Shown: positions 36,544 to 47,160, numbered from the stretch's first letter. The stretch is 64,000 nt of DNA from an uncultured Acidobacteriota bacterium (GCA_963728825.1 CAVSLA010000003.1:208361-272360); one strand, 5' to 3'. Notes: generated by a model not told the origin, from the sequence alone. Made by a program: numbers and translations.

Positions 36544-38106
36544 GTGCGTCGCCGTTGGCGCTGGCTCATCGGTTCGGCAATAGCCGCGTTTGTGATCATC
36601 GTCGCGATTGTTGCGGCGGCGCGCATTCCGTTCTCGTCCGAAATCCTCAGCGAGCGGGTCACCGAAACTCTCGCCGATCGACTGAATGCCGAAGTCGAGC
36701 TCGGCGGGCTGACGCTGCGGGCCTTTCCGACGCTCCACGCCATCGGCACCGACCTCACCATCCGTCACAAGGGTCGCCGCGACGTCCCACCCCTTATCTC
36801 CGTGAAATCGTTCACCGTCGACGCGAGCCTGATGAGCGCGTGGCGCCGGCGCGTCGACCGGGTGCGGCTGGACGGCCTCGAAATCCAAATCCCTCCCGGC
36901 GAAAACCAGGACGATGGTCCGGACCCGATCGGCATCACGGGCACGCATCTGGTCAAGGGACGGCAGGTGGTCGTGGATGAACTCGTTGCCGACGAAGCGA
37001 AGCTGATCATCATTCCGCGCAACCGGGAGAAGCAGCATCGCACGTGGGTGATGCACAAGTTGCGCGTCCGGAACGTCAGCGTCAACACCGAGATGCCGTT
37101 CGAGACCTCGCTGACCAACGCCGTCCCGCCGGGAGAAATCGTCACGGAAGGCTTCTTTGGTCCATGGCACCGCGACGACCCGGGCCACACGCCGGTCCAC
37201 GGCACGTTCACCTTTGAAAACGCCGACCTCAGCGTGTTCAAGGGGATCTCGGGAACGCTCGCATCGAAAGGCAACTATACGGGGCGGCTCGAAACGATCC
37301 GCGCGCAGGGTGACACGGATGTGCCGAATTTCAAGGTGGATGTCGGCGGCCATGAGGTGGCGTTGCATGCGACCTATGATGCGGTGATCGATGGCACCAA
37401 CGGCGACACGCGGCTGGACAAAGTCGACGCGAAGTTCCTCAACACGTCGGTCAGTGCGACCGGCGGCGTCTACGACGTCAAGGGCGCACAAGGCCGCGAA
37501 GTGGCGCTCGCCGTCGTCATCGATCAGGGTCGGCTGGAAGACGTGATGCGGCTGGCGATCAACACCAGCCGACCGCCGATGACCGGAGCGCTGCGCCTCA
37601 AGGCCAAGTTCGTGATCCCGCCCGGCGACGAGGACGTCGTCGACAAGCTGGAGCTCGACGGGACGTTCGCCATCGATGGCGGGCGGTTCACGAACGCCGG
37701 CGTGCAGCAGAAGATCAACGACATGAGCCGCCGGGCGAGCGGCAACGTCAGCAAGGCGAAGGCCCAGCCGATCGCCCCGGGAGTCGCCTCGGATTTCCGG
37801 GGGCGCTTCACGCTGAATGACGCCGTGCTGCGGCTGCCGACGCTGGTGTTCGATATTCCCGGCGCCGCGGTGCGCCTCGGCGGCTCCTACTCGCTCCGGC
37901 GCGAGGCGATCAACTTCAGCGGCAATCTCTACATGGATGCCAAGGTCTCCCAGACAGTGACCGGCTGGAAGTCGATGCTCCTCAAGATCGCCGACCCGCT
38001 GTTCCGCGAGAAGGGTCAGACGGTCGTACCGGTGAAAATCACCGGCACCCGCGACGCGCCGGCCTTCGGGATGGACGTCGGACGGATTTTCAAGAAGGGC
38101 GATTAA
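36544..38106 (+). CDS. AsmA-like/DUF748-like envelope protein
   Basis: N-terminal anchor RRRWRWLIGSAIAAFVIIVAIV. Repetitive beta-rich body and a C-terminal block (LRLPTLVFDIPGAAVRLGGSY) typical of the AsmA family. Confidence 0.7.
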   Translation: MRRRWRWLIGSAIAAFVIIVAIVAAARIPFSSEILSERVTETLADRLNAEVELGGLTLRAFPTLHAIGTDLTIRHKGRRDVPPLISVKSFTVDASLMSAWRRRVDRVRLDGLEIQIPPGENQDDGPDPIGITGTHLVKGRQVVVDELVADEAKLIIIPRNREKQHRTWVMHKLRVRNVSVNTEMPFETSLTNAVPPGEIVTEGFFGPWHRDDPGHTPVHGTFTFENADLSVFKGISGTLASKGNYTGRLETIRAQGDTDVPNFKVDVGGHEVALHATYDAVIDGTNGDTRLDKVDAKFLNTSVSATGGVYDVKGAQGREVALAVVIDQGRLEDVMRLAINTSRPPMTGALRLKAKFVIPPGDEDVVDKLELDGTFAIDGGRFTNAGVQQKINDMSRRASGNVSKAKAQPIAPGVASDFRGRFTLNDAVLRLPTLVFDIPGAAVRLGGSYSLRREAINFSGNLYMDAKVSQTVTGWKSMLLKIADPLFREKGQTVVPVKITGTRDAPAFGMDVGRIFKKGD

Positions 38107-38109
38107 CGC

Positions 38110-38727
38110 CTACGAGCCGCCGCCCGGTCCACACCCGCCGCAGGCGCCGTCGATGTCGATCTCGGGGTCGGGCGACGCCTTGAGTCCTTTGTAGTAAACG
38201 AGATACTTGTGGTCAATTTTGTTGGGCGCCTTCATCTGATCGGCGTGCACGCGGCCATCGATGTAGGTCTTTCCGGGCTTCGGCTTGAGAACGTCCAAGG
38301 CCGCCTCGCTCTCCTGAACGCCATCGGCCATGATCGGGTCGTCAAAGCGCAGCTCGACGTCGGCAAAGTTGAGAAACGGGCACGGGTTGTAGAGATCGTT
38401 CTGGATGTGCCACCTCAGTTTGTGTTTGCGTTTGACCTGCCGCATCCGGTAGGTCGTCGCCGTCCCGACGCACGCCGCGGTCACCGTCGTGTCGTGATTG
38501 TCGTTGGCGGTCATGACGATCAGGTTGTTTCGGTGCGGCGGATCGCCGTCAACCGCGTTGGCTCCTTCAATCGCAATGTTGACCGGGGAAGTCGGCGTTG
38601 GCTGCCCCGTTTGCCCGACTGGGGTCGGGTTGGATTCGCTTCCTCCCGGGTCGCACCCCAGCAGCGCCGCCGACAGGATGCTGCAGATGACCAGTCGCTT
38701 CACGTTGGCTCCTTTCGCCGCCGTCAT
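38110..38727 (-). CDS. lipoprotein of unknown function
   Basis: Lipobox LLGC. 4-nt overlap with the kinase gene. C-terminal GACGGCGPGGGS. Confidence 0.65.
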   Translation of the reverse strand: MTAAKGANVKRLVICSILSAALLGCDPGGSESNPTPVGQTGQPTPTSPVNIAIEGANAVDGDPPHRNNLIVMTANDNHDTTVTAACVGTATTYRMRQVKRKHKLRWHIQNDLYNPCPFLNFADVELRFDDPIMADGVQESEAALDVLKPKPGKTYIDGRVHADQMKAPNKIDHKYLVYYKGLKASPDPEIDIDGACGGCGPGGGS

Positions 38728-41537
38728 TTCGAGGCGGTCAATGCCTTGAATTCGGGTGTCAATCGCAGAGGCGCCAGATCCGGATCGTCGCGCACCACGT
38801 CGACCGGGTATCCTTTCGTCACCGCTTCAGCGAGTGCTACTAGCGCGCTCTTCGTATCGCCGTGCAGCGCCAACACGGCGGCGCGGCGAAACAGCACTTC
38901 GGGCAGCGGGTTGATGACGAGCGCCCGCTCGATGTGCCGCTCGGCGTCGGCGCGGCGACCCACCTTGGCCTCGTAGACAGCGAGCTGCGCCATCGTGCGC
39001 GCATCGTTCGGATTCACCGCCAGCGCATCTTCCGCGAGTCGGACCGCCGTCTCGTATTCAGCCCGCGCCTCGCGCTCCCGTCCGAGCTGCAGGTAGACAT
39101 CGCCGAGGTTCCTCCGGTAGAGCGCACGGCGCGGAAAGAGCTGGACCGCTTCGGAAAAGGCCCGTGCGGCGTCCTCGAATCGGCCCTCCGCGTAGTCCAT
39201 CGTCCCGATGTTGGAATAGACGGCCGCCCGCACGCCTTCGTCGGGGGCGACCTGGAGCGCCCGCTCGTAGTTCCGGCGCGCCTGCTGATAATCGCCGAGC
39301 ACCTGGTAGGTCGTGCCGAGGCGCTGGAACGCCTGAGCGGACTCGGGGCGGAGCTCTGTCACGCGCGTGAAGGCGCCGACCGCTTCCTGCAAACGTCCGG
39401 TCCGATAGTAGAAGAGCCCCAGCAGGTCGTGGTTCAACCAGTACTGCGGCCGATCGTCGACCGCTCGCCGAAACTGTTCGAGCGCCTCGTCGTACCGTCC
39501 CTCGCTTTCGAAAATCGAGCCGAGCCGCCGCCGGGCCTCGTCGTTGGTCGGCTCGTCGTCGAGCACTCGACGCAGCTCCGCCATCGCCGAGACGTTCCTA
39601 CCGGTGGAGCGATAGACATTCGCCAGCGACAATCGCACCTGGGTTTGCGCCGGGTCGATCTCGAGAGCCCGGCTCACCGAGTCGCCGGCGCGCGTCATCC
39701 ATTCCTTGTCGTTGGTCGCGCTGTACTTTCTCACGTAGGCGGCGCCCATCCCCGCGTGCGGCAGTGCGAAATTCGCGTCCAACGCGATCGCCCGCTGGAA
39801 GCTGACAATCGCCTGGTCCACGCTCGCGACGTCTGTTCGCTCCAGCAGCGCAACTCCGCGCCAATACGCCTCGAGCGCCTCCTGGCTGCTGGTCAGCGAT
39901 CGAGCGAGCTGCCGCCGTTCGGCGCCGCTGACGGCGACACGCAGCACTTCGACGAGCCGATCGGCGAGCTGGCGTTCGACGGTCAGCAGGTCTGACATTG
40001 CCGCTTCCGATTCGACGGCCACGGCAATCGTCCCATCGTCGCGAATCACTTTGGCGTCGACGCGCAGCCGATCGCCCACCCGCTGCAGGCTGCCCTGCAC
40101 CAGGAGACTCACGCCGAGCTCGCGCGCCAGCCGAGAGGGTTCAGTGGTGCGCCGTGCGGAATCACGAGCGGTCTCGCGTGAGACGACAGACACCGACGAG
40201 AGCCGCGACAGGCTCGTCGTCAACGCGTCGGCGATGCCGATGCCGATGTAATCGTTCGCCGGATCTCCGGTGAGATTCGCCAGAGGGAGCACGGCGATGA
40301 TCGGACGCGACGGGGGCGTGACCGTCGCGCCAGGCACGCCCCAGCGAGCGATGCCGACAACAGCCGCCATCGCTGCCACGCTCGCGGCCACCACCCAGAT
40401 CGCGACGCGGGACAGCCTCGGACGCTGCGGCGTGACACGCCCTGACGGGGTGAGACCGCTGCGCAGCCGCTCGAGCTCGGACTTGAGCGTGGCGGCTGAT
40501 GCCGGTCGGTCGGCCGGGTCGGTCGCCAGACACTTTGCAATCACATCTGATACCGCAACCGGCACTGACGCATCGACGTCAATCACGTTTGGCGCCGGCT
40601 GCGTGAGACGACGAAGCGCAGCGGCCAGCAGGGCGTCGCTGGCAAAGGGACGGCGGCCGGTTACGAGCTCGTAGAGGATGACGCCGAGACTGTAGATGTC
40701 GGCGCGATGGTCGCTCGTGCGTCCCAGCAGCTGCTCGGGCGCCATGTAGGCGGGCGTGCCGAAAATCTGCCCGGGACGCGTCGCTACCGACTCTCGCGTC
40801 TCGGACCGCGCCGACGGAGGGTCGCTGGCCAACACTTTCGCCAGCCCGAAGTCGAGCACTTTGGCGCGGCCCTCCGGCGTCAGCATCACGTTGCCGGGTT
40901 TGAGGTCGCGATGCACCACGCCGTTGGCATGCGCCGCCGCGAGCGCGTCGGCGATCTGGATGCCGACGTCGAGCGCGTCGCTCACCGGCAGCGCACCGCG
41001 CTCCACTCGATCGGCGAGCGTTTCGCCGGGCACGCGCTCCATCACGATGAACGGCACGCCCTCGTGCATGCCGATGTCGTACACGGCGAGGATGTTGGGA
41101 TGATTCAGAGCGGCGGCCGCGCGCGCCTCGCGCTCGAGACGCTTCAGTCGTTCGGGATGTGCGGCCAGCGTCGCCGGAACGACCTTGATCGCGACGTCGC
41201 GCTTCAGCCGCGGGTCGTACGCCGCATAGACTTCGCCCATTCCGCCGGCGCCGAGCAGGGCACGTACTTCATACGACCCGAGCTGACGTCCGACGAGCCG
41301 TCCCGGTGCGGCGCCCTCGGGAAGCGTGACGGGCGGCAACACCGCGTCCGAGTCGTCGTAGCGCAACAGCGATTCGACCTCGGCGCGCAGGCTTTCGTCC
41401 CCGGCGCATGCCGACTCGAGGAACGTGCCCCGGTCCTTCGCATCGCGGTCGAGCGCCGCATGGTAGAGGCCGGAGATGCGGCGCCAGCGTTCGTCCCCTG
41501 CGCCAGTTGTCACGGCATGACCTACTTGAAGCGCCAC
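38724..41537 (-). CDS. Ser/Thr protein kinase with TM segment, periplasmic domain and TPR repeats
   Basis: Kinase motifs GAGGMGEVY, AIKV, HRDLKPGN, DFGLAK and APE, followed by a TM helix and multiple TPR units. Confidence 0.9.
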   Translation of the reverse strand: MALQVGHAVTTGAGDERWRRISGLYHAALDRDAKDRGTFLESACAGDESLRAEVESLLRYDDSDAVLPPVTLPEGAAPGRLVGRQLGSYEVRALLGAGGMGEVYAAYDPRLKRDVAIKVVPATLAAHPERLKRLEREARAAAALNHPNILAVYDIGMHEGVPFIVMERVPGETLADRVERGALPVSDALDVGIQIADALAAAHANGVVHRDLKPGNVMLTPEGRAKVLDFGLAKVLASDPPSARSETRESVATRPGQIFGTPAYMAPEQLLGRTSDHRADIYSLGVILYELVTGRRPFASDALLAAALRRLTQPAPNVIDVDASVPVAVSDVIAKCLATDPADRPASAATLKSELERLRSGLTPSGRVTPQRPRLSRVAIWVVAASVAAMAAVVGIARWGVPGATVTPPSRPIIAVLPLANLTGDPANDYIGIGIADALTTSLSRLSSVSVVSRETARDSARRTTEPSRLARELGVSLLVQGSLQRVGDRLRVDAKVIRDDGTIAVAVESEAAMSDLLTVERQLADRLVEVLRVAVSGAERRQLARSLTSSQEALEAYWRGVALLERTDVASVDQAIVSFQRAIALDANFALPHAGMGAAYVRKYSATNDKEWMTRAGDSVSRALEIDPAQTQVRLSLANVYRSTGRNVSAMAELRRVLDDEPTNDEARRRLGSIFESEGRYDEALEQFRRAVDDRPQYWLNHDLLGLFYYRTGRLQEAVGAFTRVTELRPESAQAFQRLGTTYQVLGDYQQARRNYERALQVAPDEGVRAAVYSNIGTMDYAEGRFEDAARAFSEAVQLFPRRALYRRNLGDVYLQLGREREARAEYETAVRLAEDALAVNPNDARTMAQLAVYEAKVGRRADAERHIERALVINPLPEVLFRRAAVLALHGDTKSALVALAEAVTKGYPVDVVRDDPDLAPLRLTPEFKALTASK

Positions 41538-42328
41538 GTAATGAGCTCAATCCCGTACGCGGCGCCGTCGTTTCCCCCCGCCGGTCGCGCGACGCTCGCC
41601 ACCACCCGGATGACGCGCTCGCCGTAGGGCTTCTCCATGCCGGGCTGAAGCGTGTCCTTGAAGCCGGGGCCGTCGACCTCTATCGACAGGGCATCGTTCA
41701 GCGGAATCCCAAGTGACTGCGTGGCCGTCAGCATGCCGCCGGACAGCAGCGGAGCCTTGAGCGTGACGCGCTCGCGACCGGTTCGAACCAGCGACGCAAT
41801 CTCGACGCCAGCCGGAGTGCGTACGGCGATGAACTGCTCGCGCTCGATCCGCCCGGGCCGCCACCTGAGTTGGACGTCGACGGCTTCCTTCTGACTGACG
41901 CCCAGAGGCTTGCCGCCGACCTTCGCCACGATGGCCAGCTGCCGTTTCGGCGCGAGCTGCAGGAGGATTCGCTCCCCGTTTCCGTCCACCTGCACGACCA
42001 GCGCCTTCCCCGCGAACTCGGAGCCCCCCGCCCCCAGATCGCTCACGATCCGGATCGTGCTCATCACCTTCGACGGGATGGCGCCGGGTTGAGGCTTCTG
42101 TTGCGGCGCCGGCGACAAGGGGGGGACCGGCCCGGACGGCTGAAGCGCGGCGAGCCGCTCGACTGCGGCAGCGGCGTGCGGCGACGACGCGGCGCGCCAC
42201 AGCTGTTCCTGTTCAGGATTGCCCGTCAATGCCGCTGCCCGTTCCACTGGATCGGGAGCCCACAGACGCCACGCGAGCGCTCCGGCGGCCCCGACGACGA
42301 TCAGCGCGAGCAACACTTTTCGCAGCAT
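41522..42328 (-). CDS. membrane-anchored hypothetical protein
   Basis: N-terminal anchor MLRKVLLALIVVGAAGALAW. It overlaps the kinase start by 16 nt. No recognisable motif. Confidence 0.6.
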   Translation of the reverse strand: MLRKVLLALIVVGAAGALAWRLWAPDPVERAAALTGNPEQEQLWRAASSPHAAAAVERLAALQPSGPVPPLSPAPQQKPQPGAIPSKVMSTIRIVSDLGAGGSEFAGKALVVQVDGNGERILLQLAPKRQLAIVAKVGGKPLGVSQKEAVDVQLRWRPGRIEREQFIAVRTPAGVEIASLVRTGRERVTLKAPLLSGGMLTATQSLGIPLNDALSIEVDGPGFKDTLQPGMEKPYGERVIRVVASVARPAGGNDGAAYGIELITWRFK

Positions 42329-42332
42329 GTGA

Positions 42333-44042
42333 TCAAGGCAACAGCGGGTTGTCCAGCGTGCCGTTCAGCTTCGGGCCATCGAATCGCAGCGCCGGCCAGT
42401 TCGCGAAATCATCGATCGTGTCCGTCTTGACGGTGTTGTTGTTCGCATCGACGCTGAACGCGGTCGAGAGGGCTGGCGTCCCGTCGCCCGGCGTGCCGTC
42501 CTCATTCCAGTCGACCTCCTGTTGACACACGCCCTTTTTCTCGTCGAGGGAATAGTTGTTCTCGACAACAGGACTGGCGACTCCAGCTGAATACCCGACA
42601 ATGATGTTGATGCTTGCGGGCAGATCGAGCATCGGCTCGGTTTCGTTGGCTTTGGCGTAGTAGAACGGCAGACAGGTGACCCACCAACGGCGCTCGGTGA
42701 GCGTCGAATCGGTCCTGAGCACCCAGGTGTAGGACATCACGCTCCAGTAGTTCGGGTTGTACTTCTCGTCGTCCGAGCCGCCGTGCTTCTGCGCAAGGTT
42801 GTGGCCCAGCTCGTGCGCCAGGATTTCCGCTCGGGATCGTTCGGAGTTGTAGACCGGGTCGTCCCCGATGCCGATGATGACATCGTCGGCGGGCTCATGC
42901 TTCGTGCCCTCCGGCATGTCGCTCTTGCCGGTGTCGCCGAGCGCTTCGTGTTTGGCCCAGATCACATAGTGATACATGTCGCCGAGCGCCTTGTGGTCGA
43001 AAAACTTGTTCTTGAGCTGCGAGAACGTGGCGGTTTCGCTTCCACAATCGGGATCGTTCGTCACCGGCTTCAGGTTCGCATCGAAGATGACCGTGTCGAC
43101 GCTGCAGACGCTGCCAACCGCAAACACCAGATTGATGCCGTTCTCGGCCAACGGATTGAGAAACGGCGCGGATTCAAACATGGTGCGCACCGCGTCGAGC
43201 GTTCCCGGCTGGCTGGCGGTCGTGTCGGCCGGTGGGTAAATCACATCGTCCATCACGTCGAGCTCGACGAAGATGTCCCGGCGGTACGGATCGGTATCGT
43301 TGACGCCGTCACCGTCGGCGTCGTGTCCGGCCTGCTCCCATGCGTCGGTGAGTGAGTCGCCGTCGCTGTCCATCACAGTCGACGCATCGGGCACGACGAA
43401 CGTCGCCGGCGTCGGGCTGATCTTGTTGTCAGGATTTCTGACGATGATCGACAGCTCGTCCCCGGGTGTGCGTGGTCCCGGCATTGCCACGACCGCTATA
43501 TAGTGGTGAATCGGGTACGCGAGGGCGTCCTCGGGCACGCCGAACAGATTGTTCTTGATGCCTTTGTGAGCGAACGTCGGCACTTGGGCACCGTTCACCT
43601 CGACGACCGCGCCGACCTCGAGGTTTGCTCCTTGCACATACAGCGCAAAGTTCGTCTGACCGCCATCGAACTGAGTGAAGAGCGGCATCACGTGATCGAT
43701 GCGGGGATATTCAAGCCGCAGGGCAGGCACCGGGTCGACCTTGAAGTCGACCGCCTTCGTTTGTCCTCCCCAGAACCCGAGCTTCACGGGGTGATTACCC
43801 GGCTCCGCATCGGCCGGGATCGAGATCCATGGCCCGTGCATGCTGACAGGAATGGTCCGTTCGTCGGGTTCACCGGCGTCCCAGATGACGCTCCCGACGC
43901 CCTGTTTGGCGACGATCAGGCGGACCAGCGACCGCGCAGGAGCATGGGGCGGCTCGAACGCCGTAAATTCGGGGTCGCTACAGGCTGCCGCCGGCAGCAC
44001 GGCGAGCCACGCGAGGAGCGAGCGGAGCCGCAGGAAGCGCAT
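42333..44042 (-). CDS. secreted zinc metalloprotease lipoprotein with Ca-binding (thrombospondin type-3-like) Asp-rich motifs
   Basis: Lipobox PAAAC. HELGHNLAQKHGG (HExxHxxxxxH). DSDGDSLTD and DADGDGVND motifs. Confidence 0.8.
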   Translation of the reverse strand: MRFLRLRSLLAWLAVLPAAACSDPEFTAFEPPHAPARSLVRLIVAKQGVGSVIWDAGEPDERTIPVSMHGPWISIPADAEPGNHPVKLGFWGGQTKAVDFKVDPVPALRLEYPRIDHVMPLFTQFDGGQTNFALYVQGANLEVGAVVEVNGAQVPTFAHKGIKNNLFGVPEDALAYPIHHYIAVVAMPGPRTPGDELSIIVRNPDNKISPTPATFVVPDASTVMDSDGDSLTDAWEQAGHDADGDGVNDTDPYRRDIFVELDVMDDVIYPPADTTASQPGTLDAVRTMFESAPFLNPLAENGINLVFAVGSVCSVDTVIFDANLKPVTNDPDCGSETATFSQLKNKFFDHKALGDMYHYVIWAKHEALGDTGKSDMPEGTKHEPADDVIIGIGDDPVYNSERSRAEILAHELGHNLAQKHGGSDDEKYNPNYWSVMSYTWVLRTDSTLTERRWWVTCLPFYYAKANETEPMLDLPASINIIVGYSAGVASPVVENNYSLDEKKGVCQQEVDWNEDGTPGDGTPALSTAFSVDANNNTVKTDTIDDFANWPALRFDGPKLNGTLDNPLLP

Positions 44043-44063
44043 ATGCCGGGGAGTGCGGCTATT

Positions 44064-44969
44064 CTACGGCAAAAGGACGGGCCTGATTTCGAACACTATC
44101 GGCCACCGTTTCCCGGTCACGAACAAGCGCTTTCGCAAGGGGTCGTAGGCAATCCCATTCAAGACCGCTCCCGAGTTCGGATCTGGCGGGGGCATCAGGA
44201 GGGCGGCCAGACCAGTCAGGTCGATCCAGCGCTTCACGTGACCCGATTCCGGATCGATGACCGCAACGCGCTCGGTCTGCCAGACATTCGCATAGACCTC
44301 GCCGTCGACGTATTCGAGCTCATTGAGAAAAGTGACCTCTTTGCCGGCATCGGTCACCCGCACCCGCCCGGTCTCGACGAAGGTCTCGGGATCGATGAAG
44401 CGGAGCCAGGCTCTCCCGTCGCTGAGAATGAGCCGACGACCGTCGTGCGTGAGTCCCCACCCCTCGTTTTCGTAGGTGAACGTCGCCTGAGGCTCGAGTT
44501 TCTCGACGTCGTAGATCACGCCGACGTTGACGCCGAACTTCCGGCCGAGCTCCGGCAGCGCGACGGCAGGATCGCCCATTTTCCTCAACGCTGACGGAAT
44601 CGAGACCTCGGTGCGGATCGGGGTCAGCTGCAGGATGCGCCCGCGCCACTCGGTGAGTCCTTCCCCGAACGCGCGATCGTCCAACGCGCGACGCAGCACA
44701 ACCTCGCCGCTGTCGAGACGGACCTTGCGGATCGTGGAGTGTCCGGTCGGACCCGTGCTCTCGTAGAGGAAGCCGTCGAGGTAGATCAGCCCCTGTGTGA
44801 ATGCGGTTGGATCGTGAGGGAACTCTCGGACGACTTCGGATCCGTAGATCGGTGCTGCGGTCGGTGACGGTTCGTCGAACGACGGCGTCGGTGCCGGCAC
44901 AGTTGCCACGTAAACGATGACGGCCGCTCCGAAGACCACCAACGCGAACAGCCACGGCACGCGGCGCAT
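44064..44969 (-). CDS. glutaminyl-peptide cyclotransferase (plant/bacterial beta-propeller type)
   Basis: FTQGLIYLDGFLYESTG, EGWGLTHDG and the C-terminal NGIAYDP..LFVTGKRWP pattern are typical of this family. Confidence 0.8.
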   Translation of the reverse strand: MRRVPWLFALVVFGAAVIVYVATVPAPTPSFDEPSPTAAPIYGSEVVREFPHDPTAFTQGLIYLDGFLYESTGPTGHSTIRKVRLDSGEVVLRRALDDRAFGEGLTEWRGRILQLTPIRTEVSIPSALRKMGDPAVALPELGRKFGVNVGVIYDVEKLEPQATFTYENEGWGLTHDGRRLILSDGRAWLRFIDPETFVETGRVRVTDAGKEVTFLNELEYVDGEVYANVWQTERVAVIDPESGHVKRWIDLTGLAALLMPPPDPNSGAVLNGIAYDPLRKRLFVTGKRWPIVFEIRPVLLP

Positions 44970-44970
44970 C

Positions 44971-46053
44971 TCAACACCCGCGAGCGTAATACCAGACGTT
45001 CAGCGCGCCCGACGGCGCGTGCACCGGGATCCAGCCACGTGCGCGCACCTTGGGAGGCTCGATCGATGCGCACTCCGACTGGTTGACGATTTCCACTTCC
45101 GCCCAAAGAGCGTCGCTGACCGTTCGGAGGCCCAGGACACGCACGTCCCGGCTCTCCGGTCCAAATGCACGCGTCGCGAGCCGTGACGATTCGGCTTCGC
45201 TGGCAACCGCGCGAAAACGCCAGACCGGCGACGCCTGCAGCCAGGCACGCTTCGCGCCCCGCCAATTGTCGGCATTCGCCAGGCCGACCTGAAACCAGCC
45301 GGGCCGGCTGTCGAAGACGACGACCTGCGGCGGGCTCTGGTGCGTGTTCTGGAACGCCGCATCGGCGCGGTTGGTCTCGAAGTGGGTCACGATTGGCGTC
45401 AGCGTGCTTGGCTGTTCGAAGGCCGGCAGCATGATGCCGGTTTCGAGCGACAGCACACGCGTCCCATCCGGGCCGCGACTCGACCCCATGCCGGTTGGAC
45501 GATATCTTTGCCGAATCTCCTCCTCGTCGTCGCCAGGCTGCAGCACGATGCGAAGTGTCTGAAGGTTCGGCTCGAGATAACCGGCAAGGCGTCGCTCGGG
45601 ATCGGCCGGGACGTTCACGCGTTCGGTGCTGGCCGGAGCCCTCGTCAACACGCCGTCCCACGCATCGGTCAGATAGGTGAGCCTGTCACGGAGCAACATG
45701 TCGAGCGAATGGAACTCACCGGCGTCGGCCGCGGCCATCCAGCCGGCGATGCCGCCACTGGTCTTGACCAGGCTCCAGTCACCATCGCGGCCGTGAACCA
45801 TCGCGCCCAGCTCTTCGTAGGTGTATTCCACCGTGGCGAGCTCTTCTGCCCGAACGATCGTGGCGACGACCGGGGCATCTGATGTGGGACGAGCGCGGAG
45901 CGGAATGCGGATACCTTCAGGCTTGAGCGGCTCGCCGTCGGCCGTGTACGCCTTCAGCAGCCGCGGAACCTCGACTACACCGATGATGTTCGGGGCATCG
46001 GGCTCCGGAGCGGCCAGCAGCGCGAGTGCGACGAACGCCGCCCTGGCGGACAT
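44971..46053 (-). CDS. secreted hypothetical protein
   Basis: Signal peptide. 1-nt gap to the cyclotransferase gene. No recognisable motif. Confidence 0.65.
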   Translation of the reverse strand: MSARAAFVALALLAAPEPDAPNIIGVVEVPRLLKAYTADGEPLKPEGIRIPLRARPTSDAPVVATIVRAEELATVEYTYEELGAMVHGRDGDWSLVKTSGGIAGWMAAADAGEFHSLDMLLRDRLTYLTDAWDGVLTRAPASTERVNVPADPERRLAGYLEPNLQTLRIVLQPGDDEEEIRQRYRPTGMGSSRGPDGTRVLSLETGIMLPAFEQPSTLTPIVTHFETNRADAAFQNTHQSPPQVVVFDSRPGWFQVGLANADNWRGAKRAWLQASPVWRFRAVASEAESSRLATRAFGPESRDVRVLGLRTVSDALWAEVEIVNQSECASIEPPKVRARGWIPVHAPSGALNVWYYARGC

Positions 46054-46136
46054 CGATCAAGGATAGCAAACGGCCCGGCCGATACCCGGAGTGTGAAACC
46101 GCGCAACCAGGTGTAAGGCGTAATCTGGCGGACCTA

Positions 46137-47147
46137 GAGCGTTTTCCCCTTGTACGTCAGTACGGCTGCCATGGTACCTCTGTCGCGGAGGTGTCATGGC
46201 GCCGTATTCGATGGACTTGCGGAAGCGTGTCGCGAAGGCGTGGGATGCGGGCCTGGATGCCGACGCGGTTGCCGCCAAATACGAGGTCAGCCGCGCGTGG
46301 GTTCATCGCCTGATCCAACGGCGGCGCGAGACCGGGTCGCTCGCGCCTCGGAAGCAAATCAAATTTCGCCACCGCGTTCTCACGGCGCGCCAAGAAGAGC
46401 GCTTGGCGGCGCTGATCGTCGCGCGGCCTGATGCCACGCTGACCGAGTTGCGCGCCGCCGTGCCGACGTCGGCGGCGCTGAGCACGTTGTGGCGGACGAT
46501 CGCGCGTTTGGGATTCACGCTCAAAAAAAACGGTACACGCCGACGAGCAGCGCCGGCCTGACGTCGCCGCCGCGCGGCGGCAGTGGCAGGCGTGGCAGCC
46601 GCTCCGCCACATGCCGCAGTATGTGTTTCTCGATGAATGCGGCGTCGCGACGGACCTGCTGCGGCGGTACGGCCGGAGTCTGCGTGGCAGGCGTCTGCAT
46701 GATCACACGCCCGGCAGCCACTGGGACACCCACACCGTTGTCGCGGCGCTCCGCCTCGATGGCCTCGGCGCCGCCGCGGTCTTCGATGGGCCGATCGACC
46801 AGGTAACGTTCCTCGCGTACGTCGAGCAAGTCCTGGTGCCGACGTTGCGGGCGGGCGATGTGGTCGTGCTCGACAACCTCCCGGTCCACAAACAACCCGC
46901 GGTGCGCGCGGCGATCGAGGCGGTCGGCGCCCAGCTCCGCTTTCTGCCGCCGTACAGCCCAGACTTCAATCCGATCGAATTGGCGTTCGCGAAACTCAAG
47001 GCGTTCATCCGGGCGGCGCGCCCTCGGACCTTTGACCACGTCTGTGATCTGATTGCGGCCGCGCTCGGCCTGTTCACTCCCACCGAGTGTCGAAACTTCC
47101 TCCGGCACTGCGGGTATCGGGTTTCTACAGCGGTGTGAAAAACGCTC
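46137..47147 (+). mobile_element. IS630-family insertion sequence
   Basis: Terminal repeats GAGCGTTTT.. (46137) and ..AAAACGCTC (47147). TA is duplicated at 46135-46136 and 48148-47149 should read 47148-47149. DDE transposase inside. Confidence 0.85.
46196..47138 (+). CDS. IS630-family transposase, two frames joined at an A8 run
   Basis: The frame of ORF 46196-46561 (HTH part) continues as [29 protein letters not shown] in the frame of ORF 46611-47138 if one A of the run at 46523-46530 is skipped. DE motifs: [16 protein letters not shown]. Confidence 0.8.
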
Positions 47148-47160
47148 TAAGAGGTCCGCC

